A stretch of DNA of 29,925 nucleotides from the NCBI GenBank assembly GCA_964596975.1, contig CAZQXF010000001.1:1-29925 (forward strand), in the 5' to 3' direction. This DNA comes from an uncultured Thiotrichales bacterium (GTDB lineage: Bacteria; Pseudomonadota; Gammaproteobacteria; UWMA-0217). This document shows, piece after piece, positions 11,326 to 19,481 of this stretch; within the stretch, counting starts at the first letter, position 1, and every line of letters begins with the position of its first letter. The position numbers and the translations under genes are program-made. A model generated the notes under the pieces. The model saw nothing but the letters and a program-made list of their open reading frames with translations. It had not been told where the DNA came from and did not search any database.

Positions 11326-12363
11326 TTGATTTCGCTATCTGAAAATGTCTCTCTGAAGCCGTGGAATACATTTGGCGTCGATGTACGCGCCCGATATCTG
11401 CTGCGGGCAGGTTCGGGCGAGGCGCTGCTGGATGCGCTGGATGATCCTGCGTTGACCGGGTTGCCACGCCTGATTCTCGGTGGTGGCTCGAACATGCTGT
11501 TCTTGCGTGACTGGCCGGGTGTGGTGGTGCATCTTGCTGCAACCGGCGTCGCGGTCGAAGAGGAACGAGATGATGCAGTGATTCTGCGCGCTGGGGGTGG
11601 CGAGCAGTGGCACCATTTCGTCAGGCAGAGTATCGCCATGGGATTCGCAGGGCTGGAGAACCTGTCGCTGATTCCCGGCAGCGTGGGTGCTGCACCTGTA
11701 CAGAATATCGGCGCCTATGGGGTTGAGCTTGCCTCGCGGTTCCATTCGCTGGAGATGATTGATTTGGTAACAGGTCAGCAGAACAGTATGGATCGCGACG
11801 CCTGCGACTTCGGCTATCGTGACAGCTGGTTCAAGCATCAAGCGAGCGGACGCCACCTGATCACCTCGGTGTCGGTGGCGCTGCCACGTACCCCGGTGTG
11901 GACGCTTGGTTACGGCGAACTTGCCGGAGAGGTGGCGCGTCGTGCGCAAGGAGAGGCCGTCACGGCAGCGCTGATCAGTGACGCCGTGTGCGACATTCGT
12001 CGGCGCAAACTGCCTGACCCACAAGCGCTTGGAAATGCCGGGAGTTTTTTCAAGAACCCCGTGGTGTCGCTAGCACAGGCTGATCAACTGCGTGGTGAGT
12101 TTCCTGATATACCGCTTTATCCGGCGGGTGTGGGCTACAAGTTGTCAGCGGGCTGGTTGATCGAACGTTGTGGCTGGAAGGGGCGACGCGTGGGTGATGC
12201 TGGTGTTTCGGCGCACCATGCGCTGATTCTGGTCAACTACGGTGGCGCGAGCGGTGCCGATATCTGGGCGCTCGCCCAGCGGATCATCGCTGATGTGGGG
12301 GAGCGGTTTGGCGTTGTGCTGGAGCCCGAGCCGAGAATTCCCGGCGTCAACATGGATTGCTGA
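11326..12363 (+). CDS. murB: UDP-N-acetylenolpyruvoylglucosamine reductase
   Basis: Motifs LGGGSNMLF, IPGSVGAAPVQNIGAYG, GNAGSFFKNP, HALILVN and LEPEP; TTG start. Confidence 0.96.
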   Translation: MISLSENVSLKPWNTFGVDVRARYLLRAGSGEALLDALDDPALTGLPRLILGGGSNMLFLRDWPGVVVHLAATGVAVEEERDDAVILRAGGGEQWHHFVRQSIAMGFAGLENLSLIPGSVGAAPVQNIGAYGVELASRFHSLEMIDLVTGQQNSMDRDACDFGYRDSWFKHQASGRHLITSVSVALPRTPVWTLGYGELAGEVARRAQGEAVTAALISDAVCDIRRRKLPDPQALGNAGSFFKNPVVSLAQADQLRGEFPDIPLYPAGVGYKLSAGWLIERCGWKGRRVGDAGVSAHHALILVNYGGASGADIWALAQRIIADVGERFGVVLEPEPRIPGVNMDC

Positions 12364-12411
12364 TGCCAAGCTGGAATTCTCACCGGTCTTTCACTGTAAG
12401 GAGCTGCGGAC

Positions 12412-12762
12412 TCAGAGAATCAGGAATACTGCCACGGCCAGTGCCGAGATGAGGCTGATTGAGGTGATTGGCGTAATGATGAGCCCGCTGTGGGTAAACA
12501 TCAAAAAGGCTGCTTCGATCACAATGACCGCTACGGCAAAGCCTAGCGCCCGGGAAGGTTTGAACCAGCCGGTTTCGTTGGCCAGCGAAATGATAGCGAG
12601 GCCAAAGAACGCAGCGCCCATCATGCCGGCATAGGCCAGATTGATCGGGCCATCGGAAAAGTACGCGTGAAGCAGTTCCGGCCTGATCATCATCAGCAAT
12701 CCCCAGATGCCGAAAACGAGAATGGCGGCAAAAAGTGCAAATCTTCTTAGGGGGTCGGGCAT
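12412..12762 (-). CDS. Hypothetical integral membrane protein (116 aa, about 4 TM)
   Basis: Strong SD sequence AAAGGAG before the ATG; four hydrophobic segments; no family recognised. Confidence 0.8.
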   Translation of the reverse strand: MPDPLRRFALFAAILVFGIWGLLMMIRPELLHAYFSDGPINLAYAGMMGAAFFGLAIISLANETGWFKPSRALGFAVAVIVIEAAFLMFTHSGLIITPITSISLISALAVAVFLIL

Positions 12763-12943
12763 GGTAAGGTCTCCTTTGGCGGTATCTTTATTTGACCGAT
12801 GTTTCTCACCTGTTCTCTACAGTGGCCGCTGCGGGTGGCGTGCTGCCTGATGTTTGCGCCAGCTTGCGTGGCCTCACGACGAGGTGGCGGTGAGAAGTGC
12901 GGGATTGTTATGCGCATATTGCTGTTAAATCATAGGCAATACA

Positions 12944-12960
12944 AGCACTTACCATGCCAG
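12944..12960 (-). promoter_or_regulatory. Candidate sigma-54 (-24/-12) promoter facing the 116-aa membrane gene
   Basis: The minus strand reads CTGGCATGGTAAGTGCT against consensus YTGGCACGRNNNTTGCW, with exact GG-N10-GC spacing. A degenerate IHF-like site AACTAATGACTTA lies at 13002-13014. Confidence 0.55.
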
Positions 12961-13198
12961 CCGGCAGGGGTAACGGACGCTTTATCGGGTGGCGATTGAT
13001 TTAAGTCATTAGTTTTGATGAAAAAAGAGACGAGCGGTCGAATACGGCAGATAAAATGTAGTGGTCAATGATCAGGAAAGAATCCCGGAATAGAACGAAT
13101 CGAGTGGCATTCCATGCGGACCACATGCCGCTGCATCACGCTTTTGACGTGATTGGGCCGATTGTGCGAGGCTACTGCCTTTTCCAACGGGGCAGCCA

Positions 13199-14050
13199 GT
13201 GAAACTCACCGTCGAGCAATTCAGGCGCAGGGAGCACAAGAGCATTACCTTGCTTGGCATGTCCGGCGTGGGCAAGACACGGCTTTCGTGCATTCTGCGC
13301 GAAGCGGACTGGTTTCACTACTCGGGCGACTATCGTATTGGCACCCGGTATCTGGATGAGCCGATTCTGGACAACATCAAGCGCCAGGCCATGCAGGTGC
13401 CTTTTCTGCGCGATTTACTGCGTTCCGACTCGATCTCCATCCACAACAATCTGACGATCGACCATCTCAAGCCGGTATCGAGTTTTCTCGGCAAGTTGGG
13501 CAACCCGGAACTGGGTGGTTTGCCGCTGGCTGAATACAAGCATCGTCAGCGCCTTCACCTCAATGCCGAAATCGCAGCGATGAAAGATGTGCCGGCTTTT
13601 ATCGAGAAGGCACAGTCTATCTACGGCTATGAAAATTTCATCAACGATGCGGGTGGCAGTGTCTGTGAGCTGGATGATCAGGAGGTACTGACGCTGCTCG
13701 ATCAGCACACGCTGATCGTCTATATCCAGGCCACTGCCGAGGATGAGCAGGTACTGATCGAGCGGGCGAAATCCGCGCCAAAGCCGCTGTTCTATCGTGA
13801 GCCATTTCTTGATGAATTGCTCGATGCCTATATGACGGAAAAAGCGTTGCAATTTCCTTCCCAGATCGAGCCCGACGATTTCGTGCGCTGGAGTTTCCCT
13901 CGGCTGTTCTATTCGCGTATCCCGCGTTACGAGGCCATCGCCAACAGCTATGGATACACTGTCACCACCGATGAGATCGCCAAGGTCAATGATGCCCGAG
14001 ACTTTGTCGAGCTGCTGGAAGATGCGATAGGGAGAGACACATGCCGATAG
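13199..14050 (+). CDS. Uncharacterised P-loop NTPase / shikimate-kinase-like fold protein (283 aa)
   Basis: N-terminal Walker A motif ITLLGMSGVGKT, then WFHYSGDYRIG, FINDAGGS, LIVYIQA and LIERAKSAPKPLF. GTG start. Overlaps the metA start by 10 nt. Confidence 0.8.
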   Translation: MKLTVEQFRRREHKSITLLGMSGVGKTRLSCILREADWFHYSGDYRIGTRYLDEPILDNIKRQAMQVPFLRDLLRSDSISIHNNLTIDHLKPVSSFLGKLGNPELGGLPLAEYKHRQRLHLNAEIAAMKDVPAFIEKAQSIYGYENFINDAGGSVCELDDQEVLTLLDQHTLIVYIQATAEDEQVLIERAKSAPKPLFYREPFLDELLDAYMTEKALQFPSQIEPDDFVRWSFPRLFYSRIPRYEAIANSYGYTVTTDEIAKVNDARDFVELLEDAIGRDTCR

Positions 14051-15132
14051 TTGCCAATTCCGATTTGCCAACATTCGAGCGGCTGCGGCAGCAGGGGCAT
14101 ATCATCCTGACGCCCGAGCGGGCAGCGCATCAGGATATCCGCGGCCTGCATGTGGGGCTGCTGAACATGATGCCGGATGCGGCCATGGAAGCGACCGAGC
14201 GCCAGTTCTTCCGTCTGCTGGGGGAGAGCAACCCGATTGCACAGTTTTTTCTGCACCCGTTCACCATCGACGAGATACCGCGTGGCGAAAAGGCCGCAGC
14301 GCATGTTGCCAAGTACTACCGGTCTTTCGAGGAGATTGCGGCAGAAGGGCTTGACGCACTGATCATCACCGGCGCCAATGTCACCCAGCCAAATCTTGCT
14401 TCGGAGCCGTTCTGGGAGCCGTTGACACGCATCATGGACTGGGCCGAGGAGAACGTTACCTCGACGCTCTACTCCTGTCTGGCGACCCATGCCGGTTTGC
14501 AGCATCGTTACGGCCAGAAACGCCGCCGCTTGTCAGCCAAGCGTTGGGGGGTGTTCGAGCATCGGGTGGTGGATCGCCGTCACCCGCTGGTGATGGATAT
14601 CAACAGCCGTTTTGACGTACCCCATTCGCGCTACAATCAGGTTGACCGGAGCATGTTCGATGCGGCCGGGTTGCGGGTTCTGATCGAAAGCGACAAGGCT
14701 GGTGTGCATCTGGCGGTCAGTCCCGACCTGTTGCGGACAGTCTATTTTCAAGGGCATCCGGAATACGACACGATCAGCCTGCTGAAGGAATACAAACGTG
14801 AAGTGTTGCTGTATCTTCACGGCCAGCGTGAAGACCACCCGCCGTTTCCAGATCATTACTTCGATCTCTATACCCGTGCGATCATGAATGACTATCGCGA
14901 GGCGGCGGAACGGGCGGTGGCAATGAACAAGCCGTTACCCGAATTCCCCGAAGCGTTGATCATCGAGCGGCTGGACAACACCTGGCACGATACTGGCGAA
15001 GCCATTGTCGGTAACTGGATGGGGCTGGTCTATCAGGTGACGAACGCCGATCGGCGCCTCTCCTTCATGGAGGGCGTCGATGCCAATGATCCCTTGGGGT
15101 TACTGGCTGCGGAGCGCGAAGCCACGCGGTAA
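14041..15132 (+). CDS. metA: Homoserine O-acyltransferase, MetA/HTS family (succinyl vs acetyl specificity undetermined)
   Basis: Motifs VGLLNMMPD, ATERQFFRLL, DALIITGANV, catalytic Cys in TLYSCLA, PHSRYN, and His-Glu in QGHPEYD. Confidence 0.93.
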   Translation: MPIVANSDLPTFERLRQQGHIILTPERAAHQDIRGLHVGLLNMMPDAAMEATERQFFRLLGESNPIAQFFLHPFTIDEIPRGEKAAAHVAKYYRSFEEIAAEGLDALIITGANVTQPNLASEPFWEPLTRIMDWAEENVTSTLYSCLATHAGLQHRYGQKRRRLSAKRWGVFEHRVVDRRHPLVMDINSRFDVPHSRYNQVDRSMFDAAGLRVLIESDKAGVHLAVSPDLLRTVYFQGHPEYDTISLLKEYKREVLLYLHGQREDHPPFPDHYFDLYTRAIMNDYREAAERAVAMNKPLPEFPEALIIERLDNTWHDTGEAIVGNWMGLVYQVTNADRRLSFMEGVDANDPLGLLAAEREATR

Positions 15133-15594
15133 CACACGCCTTGCGCCGGTCAGCGAGCGGCGCCAGTATCGATCATCGAGACGGCTGCGGGTCACGCCCG
15201 CTGACGTCGATGCATGAATAAACTGGTTGTCGCCCATGTAGATTCCCACATGGCGGTTGCCACGCGCGGGCCGGAAAAACAGTAGATCACCCGGTCGCAA
15301 CCAGCGGCTGTGAATGCCTTGCCCTACGCGCTGCTGCTCCCGGGTCGTGCGTGGCAGCCGAATGTCGAATGCCTCCTGATACGCCTGCCGCACAAATGCC
15401 GAACAATCCATTCCCCGCCGATCACTGCCACCCAAACGGTAAGGCGTGCCTTTCCAGTGTGTGAAAGCTTGCTCCAGCCGTTGCGTCACCTCATTGGGCT
15501 GATGAACCGATCGTGCAGGTTTTGCAGGCTGTGATGCACAACCCGCCAGCCCAATGCCGAGCATGATCGTCGCCATCCATTTGGCCCCATTCAC
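15100..15594 (-). CDS. NlpC/P60 family lipoprotein (peptidoglycan endopeptidase, Spr/MepS-like)
   Basis: Lipobox LAGC, GTPYRLGG, catalytic Cys in GMDCSAFV, and HVGIYMGDNQFIHAS; GTG start. Confidence 0.92.
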   Translation of the reverse strand: MNGAKWMATIMLGIGLAGCASQPAKPARSVHQPNEVTQRLEQAFTHWKGTPYRLGGSDRRGMDCSAFVRQAYQEAFDIRLPRTTREQQRVGQGIHSRWLRPGDLLFFRPARGNRHVGIYMGDNQFIHASTSAGVTRSRLDDRYWRRSLTGARRVLPRGFALRSQ

Positions 15595-16031
15595 CGTGTT
15601 TCCTCCCTATCGTCCGGCCTCAGCAGAATGGGCTTGCCGCTGCGCCGGCGTATCCAGTTGATCGATTTGTAGACCGAATCCTTGCTGATCAACCAGCGTT
15701 CGAAGCGATATTTGCCGGGAAAATTGATTAGCAGTACGCCGACCAGCATTGTCAGCAGCCCCTGGCCCGGCAATACCAGCATCGCCAGCCCCATGATGAA
15801 ACAGAAGATGCCGAACAGGTTCTTGATGATGAGAATGCTCACATAGACCGCCGGGTGATAGGCGTGCAGCCGGCTTTCGTGGCGTTTCTCGTCGCAAAAG
15901 TAGTCCTCCGGGATTTTCGTGATCAGCCAGGGGATGAGCAAAATGGTACCGACCAGCGTCAGCACGGAAAGCCCCGCCAAGTGGTAACCCCAGTCCTGCA
16001 GAAAAGGGAGGATTTGTGCCGTTACCTGCAT
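15591..16031 (-). CDS. PGPGW-family-like small membrane protein
   Basis: Hydrophobic helices with LVLPGQGLLT, which resembles the PGPGW motif. Start is probably ATG 16031 (ORF extends to 16070). Confidence 0.75.
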   Translation of the reverse strand: MQVTAQILPFLQDWGYHLAGLSVLTLVGTILLIPWLITKIPEDYFCDEKRHESRLHAYHPAVYVSILIIKNLFGIFCFIMGLAMLVLPGQGLLTMLVGVLLINFPGKYRFERWLISKDSVYKSINWIRRRSGKPILLRPDDREETR

Positions 16032-16112
16032 TGTCACATTATGCGTTTTATCGGCTGCCGACAGTAGCACATAGCGGCTAGCGGGCGAATTAACCAGCGC
16101 TGATCTGAGCTG

Positions 16113-17306
16113 CTATGCGTCCATTTTCCTGCCGATCGATTGGCTGCCCTCAATGCTGGCACAGAGCCATCGTATCATCTGATCGATTTCATGCTCGGAT
16201 ACCGTCAGCGCAGGCATGAAGCGCAGCGTGTTCGGTCGTGGTGCATTGAGTAAAAGCCCTTGCTTGAATGCCTTGGCAGCGATGTTGGGTGCGCTGATTT
16301 GCCTCGTGTCCAGTGCCAGTAGCAAGCCTTTGCCACGGACTTTGCCAAGCTGGAATGCTTGCGAAATCTCGCCCAGTCGATCGCTCAGGTAGGCTGACTT
16401 ACGCTGTACAGAATCGAGAAAACCTGGCTGTAGCAGCGTGTCGATAACAGCCTGGCCGGCAGCGCACACCAGCGGGTTGCCGTTGAATGTACCTCCCTGA
16501 TCTCCCGGCTCGAAACAGCTGAACCGTTTCTTTGTCAGCAAGGCGGCAAGCGGTACGCCGCCACCGATCCCTTTGCCGAGCGTCATGATGTCGGGCTCAA
16601 TGCCAAACTGCTCGTAGGCAAACAGCGTGCCGGTACGCCCCATGCCGGTCTGTACCTCGTCAACAATCAGCAGCAGCCCATGCTTGCGAGCGAGCCGGGA
16701 AAGCTCGTGCAGGAATTCAGCCGTCGCAGGTATCACGCCTGCCTCGCCCTGGATGAGTTCGAGCATGATGGCAACGCTATCGTTGTCGACTGCCGCTTCC
16801 ACCGCGCCGATATCGTTGTAAGGCACCTTGATAAAGCCGGAAACCGCCGGTGGAAACAGTACATCCCAGCCCGGCTTGCCAGTTGCGGCCATGGTGGCGA
16901 GTGTTCTGCCATGGAAGCCATGCTCGAAGGTGATGATCTTGTATGCGCCATCTCGCTTGATGGCGCCCCATTTGCGTGCCAGTTTGATTGCGCCTTCGTT
17001 AGCTTCGGCACCGCTGTTGGTGAAAAATACTTCGTCGAAAACACTGTTGGCGGTGAGCTGCTGTGCCAGGCCGATCATTGCCTTGTTATAGAACGCCGGG
17101 CTGGGGTTGAGCAGCGACTCGGCCTGTTTCTGTAGTGCGCTGACGACAGCCGGGTGGCAATGCCCGAGCGAATTGACGGCCCAGCCCTGGATAAAGTCGA
17201 GCCACAACGCACCCTGTTCATCCTTGAGCCACGAGCCTTTCCCCGACACGAACACGGTATCCGGGCGATCAATAATAGCCATGATAGAGGGGTAGAGGTT
17301 GCTCAT
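16113..17306 (-). CDS. argD: Class III PLP aminotransferase, acetylornithine aminotransferase-like
   Basis: Motifs [44 protein letters not shown]-Lys in TLGKGIGGG, and GGTFNGNPL. Confidence 0.85.
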   Translation of the reverse strand: MSNLYPSIMAIIDRPDTVFVSGKGSWLKDEQGALWLDFIQGWAVNSLGHCHPAVVSALQKQAESLLNPSPAFYNKAMIGLAQQLTANSVFDEVFFTNSGAEANEGAIKLARKWGAIKRDGAYKIITFEHGFHGRTLATMAATGKPGWDVLFPPAVSGFIKVPYNDIGAVEAAVDNDSVAIMLELIQGEAGVIPATAEFLHELSRLARKHGLLLIVDEVQTGMGRTGTLFAYEQFGIEPDIMTLGKGIGGGVPLAALLTKKRFSCFEPGDQGGTFNGNPLVCAAGQAVIDTLLQPGFLDSVQRKSAYLSDRLGEISQAFQLGKVRGKGLLLALDTRQISAPNIAAKAFKQGLLLNAPRPNTLRFMPALTVSEHEIDQMIRWLCASIEGSQSIGRKMDA

Positions 17307-18232
17307 GCGCTTTTCTCCTTTGTCAGACTCACCAGCAGGACGCCCGAAAGCACCATCGCTGCACCCGCCAGTTGGCCGAGGCTCAAGGTTTCGCCGAGAA
17401 CCGCCCAGGCCATCAGCAGTGTTGCAACTGGCCCGGCGGCACTGATGATCGAGGTGCGCGCCGCACCAATGCGCTGTATGCCGGCATTCATCAGGAACGC
17501 TGGAATGACGGTGGAAACCAATGCCAGCATCACACCCAGAAACAGGATCGAACCAGAAACCTGGAGTTGAGTCAGCGGCTTGCTAAGGCTGAAATGCAGC
17601 AGCGTCGCAAGACAGGCAATCGACATGGACAAGGCGGTAAAGCGTCTCGACCCCAGACGAGGGATCAGATGACCGCTGCCGGTCATGAATACGGCGAACA
17701 CCACGGCGCTGCCGAAAACCAGTAGTGACCCCAGCTGGAGGTTGCTGGACTGGGTGATGACAGCATCGCTGGCAAAGACGAACGCAATGCCCGCATAGCT
17801 GAGTGCCAGTGCTGCCAGTTGCGCTACGGCAATCCGGCGTCGATACAGCACTGCGGTGAGCACGACGACGAGGGTGGGATAAAGAAAAAGGATCAGGCGC
17901 TCAAGCCCGGCCGAGATCAGTTCAAGCCCGCTGAAATCGAGGAAGCTGGCGAGGTAGTATCCCAGAATGCCGAGCACGACAATCCCCAGCCGATCGGAGG
18001 CCGTAAGCGGGGTTGGTCGAGCCGAGGGGCGCCACATTGCAGCGACCAGAAAGAAAGGCAGTGCAAACAGCATGCGCAAGGTCATCAGCGTGATGGCATC
18101 GACGGCGGCACTGTCGCTGTAGGCAAGCTTGATGAGAATCGACTTCGAGGAAAAACCCATGGCCGCCAGCACGATCAAGGTGCTGCCGATGATCATCGAG
18201 CGTCTGTTGTTCTGTTTGTCGGGTATATCCAT
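17303..18232 (-). CDS. DMT superfamily (EamA) transporter, about 10 TM
   Basis: Two EamA-like repeats: [37 protein letters not shown] and [12 protein letters not shown]. Shares an ATGA overlap with argD. Confidence 0.9.
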   Translation of the reverse strand: MDIPDKQNNRRSMIIGSTLIVLAAMGFSSKSILIKLAYSDSAAVDAITLMTLRMLFALPFFLVAAMWRPSARPTPLTASDRLGIVVLGILGYYLASFLDFSGLELISAGLERLILFLYPTLVVVLTAVLYRRRIAVAQLAALALSYAGIAFVFASDAVITQSSNLQLGSLLVFGSAVVFAVFMTGSGHLIPRLGSRRFTALSMSIACLATLLHFSLSKPLTQLQVSGSILFLGVMLALVSTVIPAFLMNAGIQRIGAARTSIISAAGPVATLLMAWAVLGETLSLGQLAGAAMVLSGVLLVSLTKEKSA

Positions 18233-18527
18233 GGTGGTTGCTCCGGGAACAGGGCAACCACGAATTCAGCGGCGAAAAGTCAAGAAGTCTACGGCAGTCG
18301 CAGCGGAATTCGCGGCTGCCGGGAAAATCAGATCAGAATGATTACGATTGGCAGCTCGGCGCAGGCAGTAGCCAGCGGCGTCGCAGCCAGAGTGTGCTGG
18401 TGGAAAAAATGGCGGTGTTGAATATCATGTCCGCAAGGCTATAAGCGGATCATGATGCCGTCAAGCACCGGCATGCATGAACGCGTTGATTTGTTTCGTT
18501 GTCCTGGTATCGAAAGGTGATAACCCA

Positions 18528-19481
18528 GTGGAATGGCTTGTGGTAGTGACGGCCTTCGTGGTCGGTTTTGCGATGAAGTACGGTGGCCTGTGCACCTATG
18601 CAGCGGCTGTGCAGATTGTGCGTGAGCGTCGCTTCGAGCGCTTGTTCACCTTTCTGAGCGCCGCTGCCTGGACAGCGCTGATTGTTGTGCCGCTGGCCTG
18701 GCTTTCCGACGGTGCGCTGCACTTGGCGGCGACTCACCGCGACTGGCTGGCGGCGCTGGCGGGAGGGGTGGTGCTGGGCTTGGGTGCCTACCTCAATCGC
18801 GGCTGTGTCTTTGGCACCTTCGTGCAGCTTACGGGTGGTAACCTCACCTACCTCGCGACGTTGCTGGGTATGGCATCGGGCGCAGTCATCGTCACTGCCT
18901 GGCTGGCGGATATGTCGCCGATCGTTGCTGAACCGGCGCTCGCAGCAGTCCCCAGCCTGGCTGCGTTACTGTGGTTGGGTGTTGCTGCGCTGCTGCTGTT
19001 TGGTCGGGTTTTCGAGGTTCGTCTTCAGCCTAAGCCAACGGTGCTGGGGCTGCGTTCGCTGCGCGTCTCGCTGGTGGCGCTGACGCTTGGCGTGGGAGGT
19101 GGCTGGCTGTATGCATCGGTACAGGGGTGGAGCTTTCCGGCTGTCATTGCCAACAGCGCCTATGTCGCGTTTGAGCTTCGCTCAGTTGGGCCAGCGATGC
19201 TGGCTTTGTTGTCGGCGCTCGCCATGGTGGCTGGCGGCATCACGGCCGCCGTGATGCAGCATAAGTTTTCCATTCAGCCTCCCAGGCTCATTCCTTCGCT
19301 GGGGAGCTTCACCGGCGGTGCGCTCATGGGGGGCGCGGCTGTTATCGTGCCCGGCGGCAATGATGGCTTGCTGCTCAGTGGTATTCCGGCGCTCGCGCCA
19401 CATGCTGTTACCGGGTATCTGCTGATGCTGCTGGCGATGATTATTCTGCTGGTGCTGCTACCCGATCGGCGTCGCTGCTAG
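18528..19481 (+). CDS. YeeE/YedE family sulfur-compound transporter
   Basis: Multi-TM protein with GFAMKYGGLC, GAYLNRGCVFG and GGALMG...PGGND repeats. Likely start is GTG 18528 after AAAGGTGA (ORF extends to ATG 18477). Confidence 0.75.
   Translation: MEWLVVVTAFVVGFAMKYGGLCTYAAAVQIVRERRFERLFTFLSAAAWTALIVVPLAWLSDGALHLAATHRDWLAALAGGVVLGLGAYLNRGCVFGTFVQLTGGNLTYLATLLGMASGAVIVTAWLADMSPIVAEPALAAVPSLAALLWLGVAALLLFGRVFEVRLQPKPTVLGLRSLRVSLVALTLGVGGGWLYASVQGWSFPAVIANSAYVAFELRSVGPAMLALLSALAMVAGGITAAVMQHKFSIQPPRLIPSLGSFTGGALMGGAAVIVPGGNDGLLLSGIPALAPHAVTGYLLMLLAMIILLVLLPDRRRC

Noticed and set aside
11256-11639. 128-codon N-terminal extension of bioD in the ORF track
   Set aside because: It overlaps murB on the other strand. 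BioD homology begins at MLKGVFITGTDT, which has its own SD.
12811-12825. CTGT-TCTCT-ACAG as a LexA box
   Set aside because: The spacer is 5 nt, not the required 8.
13135-13153. ATCACG-N7-CGTGAT palindrome upstream of the P-loop gene
   Set aside because: Only 6-bp arms, a single occurrence and no recognised regulator; too weak to call.
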